A stretch of 64,000 bases of DNA from an uncultured Acidobacteriota bacterium (GTDB lineage: Bacteria; Acidobacteriota; Vicinamibacteria; Vicinamibacterales; 2-12-FULL-66-21): NCBI GenBank assembly GCA_963750915.1, contig CAVVSF010000007.1:1179984-1243983 (forward strand). The letters run 5' to 3'. Positions 38,430 through 49,002 of this stretch are shown here, one piece after another; within the stretch, counting starts at the first letter, position 1; every line of letters starts with the position of its first letter. The translations under genes and the position numbers were made by a program. The notes beneath the pieces are model-generated. The model made no database searches, was not told the DNA's origin, and saw nothing but the letters and a program-made list of their open reading frames with translations.

Positions 38430-38441
38430 GCCAAAGTCCAA

Positions 38442-39228
38442 ATGACTGATTTCAGCATCAAGAGCGACGCCGTCGACGTCGAGGAGATCATGCGACAGGT
38501 CCGGTCGCGGATCCGCGAGAAGCGCGGCGTCGACTACACCGAGGATGAGATTCGCGAGCTGGCGAGCGTCAAGCTGGAGCGGTTCCTCGATCCCAAGGGC
38601 GTTCGCTCGGATCTCCTCGATCAGTACCGCAAGCGCAAGGAGAGCTCGACGACGCCGAGGAACTATGCCTTCGAGGACACGACGCTCTACGACTCGAGCC
38701 GGCCGCTGCTGCGGTTCATCCGCAAGCTGCTCAATCCGATCCTCAAGCTGTTCTTCAACCCGGCGCCGATGGTCGAGGCGCTGCACATTCAGTCGCGGCT
38801 GAACGAGAACTACAACCAGGCCGAGGCGCTCTACTACGAGCTGATTCACAACCTGGTGCTCGAGACGACGCGGCTCAGCATCGAGGTCAAGAACCTGAAG
38901 ATGCGGGTCGAATCGATGTCGAGCCGGCTCGACTTCGACGAACGGCGGGCGCGGGCGCTCGAGGGCGTGGTTCAGGTACCGCCCCGGCGCCGTCGCGCCG
39001 TTGCCGCCGCCGGTCGGCGACCGTGAGCGGGAGCGGCCGGCGGGAACGAGCGCGATGGCGGGTTCCGAGGCGGAGCGACGCAACCGCCGGCGGCGCCGGC
39101 GTGGCCGCCGCCGTCCGGGCAACGGTGAACGGCAGGGAGCCGGCGACGCCGACAGCGGCGGCGGGCCCGAACACGACGGGCCGGATTCGTCCGGCGCTCC
39201 CGATTCGAACGGCCCATCGGAGTCGTGA
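38442..39228 (+). CDS. Coiled-coil hypothetical protein with an Arg-rich tail; 1-nt frameshift near 38976
   Basis: VDVEEIMRQVR..., amphipathic RFIRKLLNPILKLF. Removing one G joins ORF 39001..39228, whose TGA overlaps the next GTG. Confidence 0.75.
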
Positions 39229-40589
39229 AGCTCGCGGTCGTCGTTCAGCGTTACGGCGCCGACATCAACGGCGGCGCGGAGCAGCACGCCCGTTACATCG
39301 CCGAACGGCTGGCCCGGCACGCGACCGTCGAAGTCCTGACGACCTGCGCCCGCGACTACGTGACCTGGCGCAACGAGCTGCCGCCGGGCAGCGAGTCGAT
39401 CAACGGCATCACCGTCCGGCGCTTTCCGGTCTCGCGCGAACGCCAGCCGGCCGACTTCGGCCGGCGCTCGCACCGGGTGTTCGAGCACGCGCATTCGATC
39501 GAGGACGAGATCGCGTGGCTCGACAGCGAGGGCCCGACGAGCCCGGCACTGATCGCACACCTGCGGCAGGCGGGCAGCAGCTACGACTACGTCTTCCTTT
39601 TCAGCTATCGCTATTACCACGCCTGGCATGGCGCGCGGCTGCTGCCGGGCAAGGCGATCCTGGTGCCGACGGCGGAGCGGGACCCGGCCGTGGGTCTGTC
39701 GATCTTCGGGCCGACGTTCCGTGGCGTCCGCGGAATCATGTACAACTCGCACGAGGAGCGGGCGATGATTCAGGCGGCGGCGCGCAACCAGGCGGTCCCT
39801 GGCGTCGTCGTCGGCGTCGGCTCCGAGGTGCCCGGACGCACCGACCCCGAACGCTTTCGCCGCAAGCACAACCTCCGCCGGCCGTTCGCGATTTACATCG
39901 GCCGGATCGACACCAACAAGGGCTGCGGCGAGCTCTTCGACTACTTCCAGCGCTACGCCGTGTCGTTTCCGCGCGGGCTCGATCTCGTGCTGATCGGCAA
40001 GGCGATCATCCCGGTCCCGTCGAGCCATCGCATTCACCACCTCGGCTTTCTCAACGACCAGGACAAGTTCGACGCGCTGGCGGCGGCCGACGTGCTGATC
40101 ATGCCGTCGTATTTCGAGAGCCTGTCGATGGTCGCGCTCGAGGCATGGGCGCTCGGCCGGCCGGTGCTCGCCAACGGCCGCTGCGACGTGCTCAAGGGGC
40201 AGTGTATCCGCAGCGGCGCCGGCCTCTACTACGAGAGCTATCCGGAGTTTGCCGAGACGCTCTACTCGCTCGAGTCGAACGGCCCGCTGCACGCGCGGCT
40301 CGGCCGCAACGGCTCCGAGTACTTTGCCCGGCACTACGCCTGGCCGGTGATCGAGGGCAAGTATCTCGACATGCTGCGCCGGCTCGAGCGCGAACCGGCG
40401 CCGGCGCCGGTCGAGCCGCTGCCGGGCTGGCTGGCGCGGCGGCGCCGCGACGTCCCCGCCGCCAGCGCGGTGCTGGCCGGCATCCCGTCCGGCGCCGTGA
40501 TCACCGCTGACCCCGTCCCCGCTGCCGCGCGCCGCGAGACCCCGGCACCGGCGGTCGCGGTCCCGAACGGCAGAGGCCGCCGCCGATGA
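39225..40589 (+). CDS. GT4 glycosyltransferase (type A)
   Basis: QRYG...GGAE, YIGRID.NKG, ESLSMVALE (EX7E). Confidence 0.92.
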   Translation: MKLAVVVQRYGADINGGAEQHARYIAERLARHATVEVLTTCARDYVTWRNELPPGSESINGITVRRFPVSRERQPADFGRRSHRVFEHAHSIEDEIAWLDSEGPTSPALIAHLRQAGSSYDYVFLFSYRYYHAWHGARLLPGKAILVPTAERDPAVGLSIFGPTFRGVRGIMYNSHEERAMIQAAARNQAVPGVVVGVGSEVPGRTDPERFRRKHNLRRPFAIYIGRIDTNKGCGELFDYFQRYAVSFPRGLDLVLIGKAIIPVPSSHRIHHLGFLNDQDKFDALAAADVLIMPSYFESLSMVALEAWALGRPVLANGRCDVLKGQCIRSGAGLYYESYPEFAETLYSLESNGPLHARLGRNGSEYFARHYAWPVIEGKYLDMLRRLEREPAPAPVEPLPGWLARRRRDVPAASAVLAGIPSGAVITADPVPAAARRETPAPAVAVPNGRGRRR

Positions 40590-41874
40590 CGGCGAGCGCG
40601 TCGCGCCGCGGCCGCATCCACCAGGTCCTGGCCACGCTCGGCTACGGCGATGCCATCGGCCACGAAGTCCTCGGCATCCAACGCGTGCTGCGCGGCGCCG
40701 GCTTCGCCTCCGAGATCTTCGTCGAGACCGCAGATCCGCGCCTCGAGGACCTGACCATCGACTATCGGGAGATGGTCGGCCAGATCGGGCCGGAAGACAT
40801 CCTCATTCACCACTTCTCGATCGGCTCGCGCGCGTCGCGCGTCGCCTACGCGCTGCCGGGCCGCATGGCCCTCGTCTATCACAACATCACGCCGCCGGAA
40901 TACTTCGTCGGGGTGCATCGCGACCTGGTCAAACTGTGCTTTCGCGGCCGCCGCGAGCTCACGGCCTACGTCGACCGCTGCGATCTCGCGCTCGGCGACT
41001 CGGAGTACAACCGCGAAGAGCTCGCCGGGCTCGGCTTCGAGCCGACGGGCGTCCTGCCCGTGGTCCCCGACTTCACCCACCTGAACCTCGAGCCGAACCG
41101 CATTCTCGCCGCCGGCTTCGACGACGGCTGGACCAACATCATGTTCGTCGGCCGGGTGATCCCGAACAAGAAGTTCGAGACCATCGTCCGCGCCTTCCAC
41201 GTCTACCGGACGCGCCACAACCCGCGGTCGCGGCTGCTGCTCGTCGGCTCCTACAGCGGCTTCGAACGCTACCTGACGATGCTGCACGGGCTGATCGCGA
41301 GGCTCGGGACGCCGGACGTCCACTTCCTCGGCCACGTCTCGAACGAGGAGCTGACGGCGCTCTACGACGTCGCCGACCTGTTCCTCTGCGCCAGCGCCCA
41401 CGAAGGCTTCTGCGTGCCGATCATCGAAGCCTTCTACAAGCGCATCCCGGTGCTCGCCTACGCCTCGACCGCCGTGCCGGCGACGATGGACGGCGGCGGA
41501 GTCCTCTACGACAGCACCGATCCGCAGGAGATCGCGCGGCTGATGGCGGCCGTGCTCGACGCACCGGAGATCGAGGACGCCGTCCTGCAGTCGCAGGACG
41601 CGGCGCTCGAGCGCTTGCTGACGCGCAACTTCGCCGGCACGCTTCTCGGTTTCGTCGACGCGTTGCAGCAGCAGCCGCCGCGGCCGGCGCCCGACGTCGC
41701 GTGGGACTTCTGGGCCCAGTTCGACCAGTTCGAGCGCCTCGAGGAGCTGCGCCAGTTCAGGCCGGCAGTGTTCCAGGCACTGCCGTCGAGTCAGAGCCAG
41801 GGCTCGGGGTCGGGGCTCGGGGCTCGACCCGGCGCCGAACCGGGGACCCCGAGCCCCGAGCCCCGCCGCAGTGA
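40586..41874 (+). CDS. GT4 glycosyltransferase (type B); 1-nt frameshift in the 3' heptamer array
   Basis: HQ...GDAIG, YHNITP, VGRVIPNK, EGFCVPIIE; adding 1 nt near 41810 puts the TGA at 41872-74 in frame. Confidence 0.88.
41801..41865. repeat. Period-7 GGCTCGG array plus inverted CCCCGAG arm, inside a CDS 3' end
   Basis: GGCTCGG GGTCGG GGCTCGG GGCTCGA ... CCCCGAG CCCCGAG CCCCG. Confidence 0.8.
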
Positions 41875-42942
41875 TCATCAACCAGTGGGTCCCGGCCGCG
41901 CATCGCGGCGACGCGATCGGCGACAGCGCCAGGCGGGTGCGCGACGTCCTCCGCCGCCAGGGGCACACCTCCGACGTCTTCGCCCTGACGATCGACGATG
42001 ACCTTCGCGGCGACGTCCTGCCGTTCGCCGAGCCGGCGGCGCGGCGCGGCGACGTGACGATCTTCCACTTCGCGCTGCCCTCGCCGATGACTGAGGCCTT
42101 TGCCACGCTCGACGGCGCCCGCGTCCTCCAGTACCACAACATCACCCCGGCCTCGTTCTTCGCACCGTACGCGCCGGGGCTGTTTCGCCTCGCGGCGGTG
42201 GGTCGGCAGGAGCTGGCCGTCACTCCGCGGCAGGGTCGATCTCGCGCTCGGCGACTCGGAGTTCAACCGGCAGGAGCTCGAGGCCCTCGGGTTTGGCGCA
42301 ACCGGGGTGATGCCGATCGCGGTCAACACCGAACGCATTACCAGCGGCCCGCCGCGGCCGGCACTCGAAAAGATCCTCGGCGACGGCCTGATGAACATTC
42401 TGTTCGTCGGCCGGATCGTGCCGAACAAGAAGATCGAGGACCACATCCGCCTCGCCGAGATCTACAAGCGCTACGTCGACAGCCACTACCGCTTCATCTT
42501 CGTCGGCCGGACCGACGGGGTGCCGGCCTACTACGCCCAGGTCCGCGCCCTGGTCGCGGAACTGCGCATGCTGCCCGACCGTTTCTGGTTCACGGGCCCG
42601 GTGCCGGACGAGGATCTGGCCGCCTTCTACCGCTGGGCCGACGTCTACGTCTCGCTGAGCGAGCACGAAGGCTTCTGCGTCCCGCTGGTCGAGGCGATGG
42701 CGGCCGACGTGCCCGTCCTCGCCTACGCCGCCGGCGCGGTCCCCGAGACGCTCGGCGGCGCCGGCCTGCTCTTTTCGCCAAAGGATCTCGAAGTCGCCGC
42801 CGAGATGCTCGGCATGCTCGTATACGATCGTCCCCTGCGTCAGCGCATCCTCGCCGGCCAGCGTCGCCGGCTGGAGGATTTCGCGCCGGCGCGCCTGGAA
42901 GCGCGTTTGAGCGAAACGCTCGCCACATTGAGGCTCTCTTGA
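41871..42942 (+). CDS. GT4 glycosyltransferase (type B'); 1-nt frameshift near 42218
   Basis: IINQW...GDAIG and YHNITP in one frame; VGRIVPNK and EGFCVPLVE in ORF 42100..42942. Confidence 0.88.
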
Positions 42943-44204
42943 AGATCGCATTCATTGTCCAGCGCTACGGCGCCGAGATCCTGGGCGGCTCCGAGTATCA
43001 CTGCCGCCTGATCGCGGAGCGCCTCGCGCCCAGGCACCAGGTCGAGGTCCTGACGACCTGCGCCGCCGACTACATCTCGTGGAAGAACGACTACCCGGAA
43101 GGCACCGATCGCATCCGCGGCGTCACCGTGCGGCGCTTCGCCAACAGCCGGACGCGCGACATCCATGCCTTCAACCGCTATTCGGAGTGGATCTTCACCC
43201 ACGAGCACAGCCGCGAGGACGAGAGCGAGTGGCTGCGGCAGCAGGGACCGTGGTGCCCGGGGCTAATCGAGTACCTCGAGCGCAACCAGCACCAGTACGA
43301 CGTCCTGATCTTCTTCACCTATCTCTACGCGCCGACGGTGCTCGGCATGCGCATCGCGCCCCACAAGAGCATCCTCGTGCCGACGGCGCACGACGAGCCG
43401 GCGATCCATCTCGGGCTCTACAAGGAGTTCTTTTCCCTGCCGGCCGGCATCGCCTATAACACCGAGGTCGAGCGCCGCTTCATCACGACGCACTTCTCGA
43501 TCCGCGCCGTCGAGGAGCAGACGGTCGGCTGCGGCGTCGACCTGCCGTCGCCGCAACCGGCGCGCAAGGAGGGCGACGCGGCCGAGGACGATCACGACGA
43601 GAACGCCGCCGCGGCCGACGATTCCCCCAGCTTCCGGCCGCATCTCGCGCGCCGCGGCGCGATGTTCCGCCGCCGGCACCGCCTGCACGGACCGATCGCG
43701 CTCTACGGCGGCCGCATCGACCCCGGCAAGGGCTGCGAAGAGCTGGTGGAGTACTTCAGCACCTACGTCCAGGACGGCGGTGACGCGTCGCTCGTGCTGA
43801 TGGGGGTCAAGCTGATGCCGCTGCCGGAGGAGCCGTTCATCCGCTTCGCCGGCCGGTTGTCAGACCAGGAGCGGCTGCAGGCGCTGGAAGCCGCAACGGT
43901 CGTGATCGTGCCGTCGCCGTACGAAAGCCTGTCGCTGCTGGCGCTCGAATCGTTCGCCGTCGGCACGCCGGTCCTCGCCAACGCCCGCAGCGAGGTCCTC
44001 GTCGATCACTGCCACAAGAGCAACGCCGGCCTCTACTACGCCGACCGCGACGAGTTCACCGAATGCCTGCGGCTGCTGCTCGCCGACACCCACCTGCGCG
44101 AGCACATGGGCCGGAACGGCCGGCGCTACGTGCAGCAGAACTATCGCTGGGACGTGATTCTGCAGAAGTACGAGCAGATGTTTACGAGCGTGAGGAAGAA
44201 GTAA
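42939..44204 (+). CDS. GT4 glycosyltransferase (type A'), TTG start
   Basis: KIAFIVQRYG...GGSE, YGGRIDPGKG, ESLSLLALE; TTGA overlap with the previous gene. Confidence 0.9.
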   Translation: MKIAFIVQRYGAEILGGSEYHCRLIAERLAPRHQVEVLTTCAADYISWKNDYPEGTDRIRGVTVRRFANSRTRDIHAFNRYSEWIFTHEHSREDESEWLRQQGPWCPGLIEYLERNQHQYDVLIFFTYLYAPTVLGMRIAPHKSILVPTAHDEPAIHLGLYKEFFSLPAGIAYNTEVERRFITTHFSIRAVEEQTVGCGVDLPSPQPARKEGDAAEDDHDENAAAADDSPSFRPHLARRGAMFRRRHRLHGPIALYGGRIDPGKGCEELVEYFSTYVQDGGDASLVLMGVKLMPLPEEPFIRFAGRLSDQERLQALEAATVVIVPSPYESLSLLALESFAVGTPVLANARSEVLVDHCHKSNAGLYYADRDEFTECLRLLLADTHLREHMGRNGRRYVQQNYRWDVILQKYEQMFTSVRKK

Positions 44205-44210
44205 ACCCTA

Positions 44211-44398
44211 TTGCAGATTGAAGATTGAAGACTGCAGATTTGGCATTGTCGATTGAAGATTGAAGATTGACGATTGACGATTCCGAGCACTGACTCGGCG
44301 CCTGCCTATGCAGCCGAATTAACCCGAACCAAAAAATCGACAATCCGAAATCCCACAATTCCAATCTGCAATCTTCAGTATCTTCAATCTTCAATCTT

Positions 44399-44412
<14 letters not shown>
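44211..44412. repeat. Period-7 TTGAAGA array and inverted AATCTTC array
   Basis: About 10 units at 44211-44282 and a reverse-complement array at 44335-44412. Confidence 0.9.
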
Positions 44413-45823
<1,411 letters not shown>

Positions 45824-45836
45824 GCTCGGGGGACTG

Positions 45837-48761
45837 CTACGCCTGGCGGTTGGCGGCGGTCAGGGCGGCGGAGCGCGAGCTCACCAGCGGCAGCGTCAGC
45901 CTGAAGCGCGTGCCGTGGCCGATGGCGCTGTCGCAGGTGATCGTGCCGCCGTGCTCCTGGACGATGCCGTAGGTGATCGAGAGGCCCAGGCCGGTACCCT
46001 TGCCGATGTCCTTGGTGGTGAAGAACGGGTCGTAGATGCGTGACAGCTGGTCGGCGGGGATGCCCGAGCCGGTGTCGGCGACTTCGATCGTCGCCGAGTC
46101 GCCTGTCGCCCGGGTCGCAATCGTCAGCCAGCCGCCTTTCGGCATCGCGTCGCGCGCGTTCATGAACAGGTTCAGGAACACCTGCTGCAGCTTGTACTCG
46201 ATGCCCATCACCGCCGGCACCGAAGCCGTCAGCTCCTTGCGCACCTGGATGCGGCCGGTGCGGAACTGGTGCTCGAGCAGCGACAGGACGTCGTTGATCA
46301 CCGCGTTGACGTCGACCGGGCCGCTGTCCACCTGCGCCGGGCGGGCCAGGTTGAGCAGGCCGTTGACGATCTTCGCGGCCCGGAACGTCTGGCGCTCGAT
46401 CTTCTCGAGCACCTGCGCCCGCGGATCGTCGGCGTCGGTGTTCTGCATCAGCATCTGGACGAAGCTGGAGATGCCGGTCAGCGGCGTGTTGACCTCGTGC
46501 GCGACGCCGGCGGCGAGCAGGCCGATTGAGGCCATCTTCTCGGAAATCTGCAACTGCTCCTCGAGCTGCACCCTGGCCGAAATGTCCTCGACGACGACGA
46601 TGGTGCCGGTGATGGCGCCGGACATGTCGCGCAGCGGCGTTGTCGCGACGTTGACGAGCAGCCGCCGCGGCGCCTCGTGCTTCGACGAGATCGGGGCGCG
46701 GTAGATCGCCGCACCCTCCGGCGAGTCGTTGCGGCTGGAGCGCAGCACCTCGTAGAAACCGGGGTCGAGCACCTGTTCGAGGCGGCGCCCGACCGCGGCC
46801 TCGTGGCGAATGCCGTAGAGCTCTTCCAGCCGCCGGTTCCAGCGCACGACGCGGTCGTCGCGGTCGACGACCGCCAGGCCGTCGTTCAGCGACTCCAGGA
46901 TGTTCTCGCTGAACTCGCGCATGCGATCGAGCTCGTTGGCCTTGACCGTCAGCTGGCGGTAGAGCCGGCCGTTCTCGAGCGCGGTCGCCGCCTGCGCCGC
47001 AACCGCCGCGAGCAGCGCCATGTCCTCGCTGCTCAGCGGTTCGGCGCTCGACTTGCGCCCCAGCGCCATCACCGCAATCGTCCCTTCCTTCGAGACGCAC
47101 GGCACGAAGTAATGGATCCCGTTCTCCCGCCAGAACTCGATGTCGGTCGAGTCGAGGCGCCGCTGCGACAGCGGATCGTCCAGCGTCAGCGTGTGACCGG
47201 AAATCAGCCGCGTCGCGACCTCCGAGGACTTCGTCAACACCGGCGGCTCGCCGCCGAAACCGGAGTGGGCGACGGTCACGAACGGCGAATCGAAGCCCTC
47301 CGGCGCCATGCCGGTCGGCGCCAGCATCAGCGCCATGCGATCGACCAGCAGCGTCTCGGTGACGCGGCGCACGAGACGTTCGCTGAGGCGGTAGAGGTCG
47401 AGATCGCTGTTGAGGTCGCGCGCGAATCCGACGAGGGCGCGGCGGTAGTCGTAGCGATCGCGGTAGTAAACGCGGTCGAGGCCGGTCTGGATCGCGTTCT
47501 TCACCGGCCGCGCCAGCAGCACCAGCACCAGCGTCGCCAGGAACGCGACGATGGTATTCGGACCACTGCCCTGCGCGTCGGTCGGGTAGAACTGCTCGGC
47601 GAGCTGCAGCAGGACGGCGTAGAACGCGGCAATCGCGGCAATCGCCGCGGCGTAGACCAGCCCGCGCTTGATGATGACCTCGACGTCCATCAGGCGGTAG
47701 CGGATGATCGCCGAGGCAAAGGCGAGCGGCACGAGGCCGAGCAGCACCGCCGTCAGCTCGAAGCCAGGCTGCGGCGTGAAGCCCATCGTGAACGGCAGCG
47801 CGTAGCCGAGCACGAACGGCACCGCGCCGAGGCCGGTGCCCCACACGATCCAGCGCAGCTGCCGGCGCGCCGTCACCGAGCGCACGCGGTAGAGCGCGCG
47901 CGTCATGATGATGAAGCCGCCGACGAGGCACAGCCCGAGGTAGAGGAACTCGGCGCGGTCGACGAACTGCAGCACGCTCGTCAGCACGTCGCCATTGCGA
48001 TCGCCGCGCATGATCATCGCGACTTTGAGCGCCCCGAGCAGCAGGCCGGGCAGGTAGACCAGCGGCAGCAGGTTGCGGCCCGTGTCGCTCCTGGCCCAGC
48101 TGTCGGGCCGTTCCGGGAACACCAGCGCGAAGTGGACGAAAAGCGGCGGCAGCAGCAGCATCGCCACGACGTCGGCCCAGTAGAACACCCAGTCGAGCCG
48201 ATCGAGACGGCCGCTGTAGGAGAACGTCAGGACGCCGAAGAACGCGATCGACAGCCAGAAGAAGTGGAGCGTCGCCTGGTTCTCGGGGCGGCGCAGCCGC
48301 ACGCCGGTGCCGACGAGCAGCGAGAACAGGCCGACCCCGGCGAGCGCGAAGTAGAGCCAGTGGGCCTCGTTCGGCAGGCCCGAGACGGCGACGTGGAGCA
48401 TGTCCCCGCCGCCGGCGTCGCCGTTGCGAATGACGACGTAGCGCAGGACGTCGGATTCACGCGCGCCGTGGAGCACCTCGTGGACGTCCTTCGGCGACGA
48501 GACCAGGCGCTCCCCGACCCGCACGACCGAGTCGCCCGGGCGAATGCCGGCGCGCGCCGCCGGCGACCCTTCCGTCACCACGCTGGCAATGACGTCGTTG
48601 CCGTTACTCTCCCACAGCACACCATCGTCCTGCTCGGTCCAGCCGCGGGACGAGATATTGAGCGCCGCAAGGACCACGAGGACGGCCACCAGCGCGAGCT
48701 GGAGCAGTACCCGGATCAGGGCGCGCCGGGCGACGCCCGGCTGTGAAGTAACGATTGACAC
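45837..48761 (-). CDS. Membrane sensor histidine kinase (PDZ, multi-TM, GAF, PAS, HisKA, HATPase)
   Basis: GSPAARAGIRPGD, TM bundle, GAF, PAS, AHEVNTPL, QVFLNLF.NA, PFFTTK..GKGTGLGL; start uncertain (GTG 48761). Confidence 0.92.
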   Translation of the reverse strand: MSIVTSQPGVARRALIRVLLQLALVAVLVVLAALNISSRGWTEQDDGVLWESNGNDVIASVVTEGSPAARAGIRPGDSVVRVGERLVSSPKDVHEVLHGARESDVLRYVVIRNGDAGGGDMLHVAVSGLPNEAHWLYFALAGVGLFSLLVGTGVRLRRPENQATLHFFWLSIAFFGVLTFSYSGRLDRLDWVFYWADVVAMLLLPPLFVHFALVFPERPDSWARSDTGRNLLPLVYLPGLLLGALKVAMIMRGDRNGDVLTSVLQFVDRAEFLYLGLCLVGGFIIMTRALYRVRSVTARRQLRWIVWGTGLGAVPFVLGYALPFTMGFTPQPGFELTAVLLGLVPLAFASAIIRYRLMDVEVIIKRGLVYAAAIAAIAAFYAVLLQLAEQFYPTDAQGSGPNTIVAFLATLVLVLLARPVKNAIQTGLDRVYYRDRYDYRRALVGFARDLNSDLDLYRLSERLVRRVTETLLVDRMALMLAPTGMAPEGFDSPFVTVAHSGFGGEPPVLTKSSEVATRLISGHTLTLDDPLSQRRLDSTDIEFWRENGIHYFVPCVSKEGTIAVMALGRKSSAEPLSSEDMALLAAVAAQAATALENGRLYRQLTVKANELDRMREFSENILESLNDGLAVVDRDDRVVRWNRRLEELYGIRHEAAVGRRLEQVLDPGFYEVLRSSRNDSPEGAAIYRAPISSKHEAPRRLLVNVATTPLRDMSGAITGTIVVVEDISARVQLEEQLQISEKMASIGLLAAGVAHEVNTPLTGISSFVQMLMQNTDADDPRAQVLEKIERQTFRAAKIVNGLLNLARPAQVDSGPVDVNAVINDVLSLLEHQFRTGRIQVRKELTASVPAVMGIEYKLQQVFLNLFMNARDAMPKGGWLTIATRATGDSATIEVADTGSGIPADQLSRIYDPFFTTKDIGKGTGLGLSITYGIVQEHGGTITCDSAIGHGTRFRLTLPLVSSRSAALTAANRQA

Positions 48762-48782
48762 GGAGAGGTCCGGTGGCTGCGA

Positions 48783-48799
48783 AGCAAAGGACGTTCCCT
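48783..48799 (-). promoter_or_regulatory. sigma54 (-24/-12) promoter-like site
   Basis: GG-AACGTCCTTT-GC (GG-N10-GC, TTGC); IHF-like TATCAAtaacTTC at 48835-48847. Confidence 0.6.
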
Positions 48800-49002
48800 G
48801 CTCTCCCACCGAAAAGTCTCTATAACCCATTGCGTATCAATAACTTCAATGGGCCAATTGACGATCTTTTCCAACCATCTGGAAGGTGGATCCAAAGATT
48901 CGGAGAGCACGCGGACGTCGCGACGTGACTCGGACACGCGGGAACGACCGGCGAGGACGCGATCAGGTCCATACCGAACGTAAAGACTTGACCCTTTGCC
49001 GG

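Noticed and set aside
41871-44204. 777-aa GT4 fusion ORF
   Set aside because: Artefact of the indel near 42218; the middle part is out-of-frame sequence. Two separate GT4 genes with a TTGA overlap fit better.
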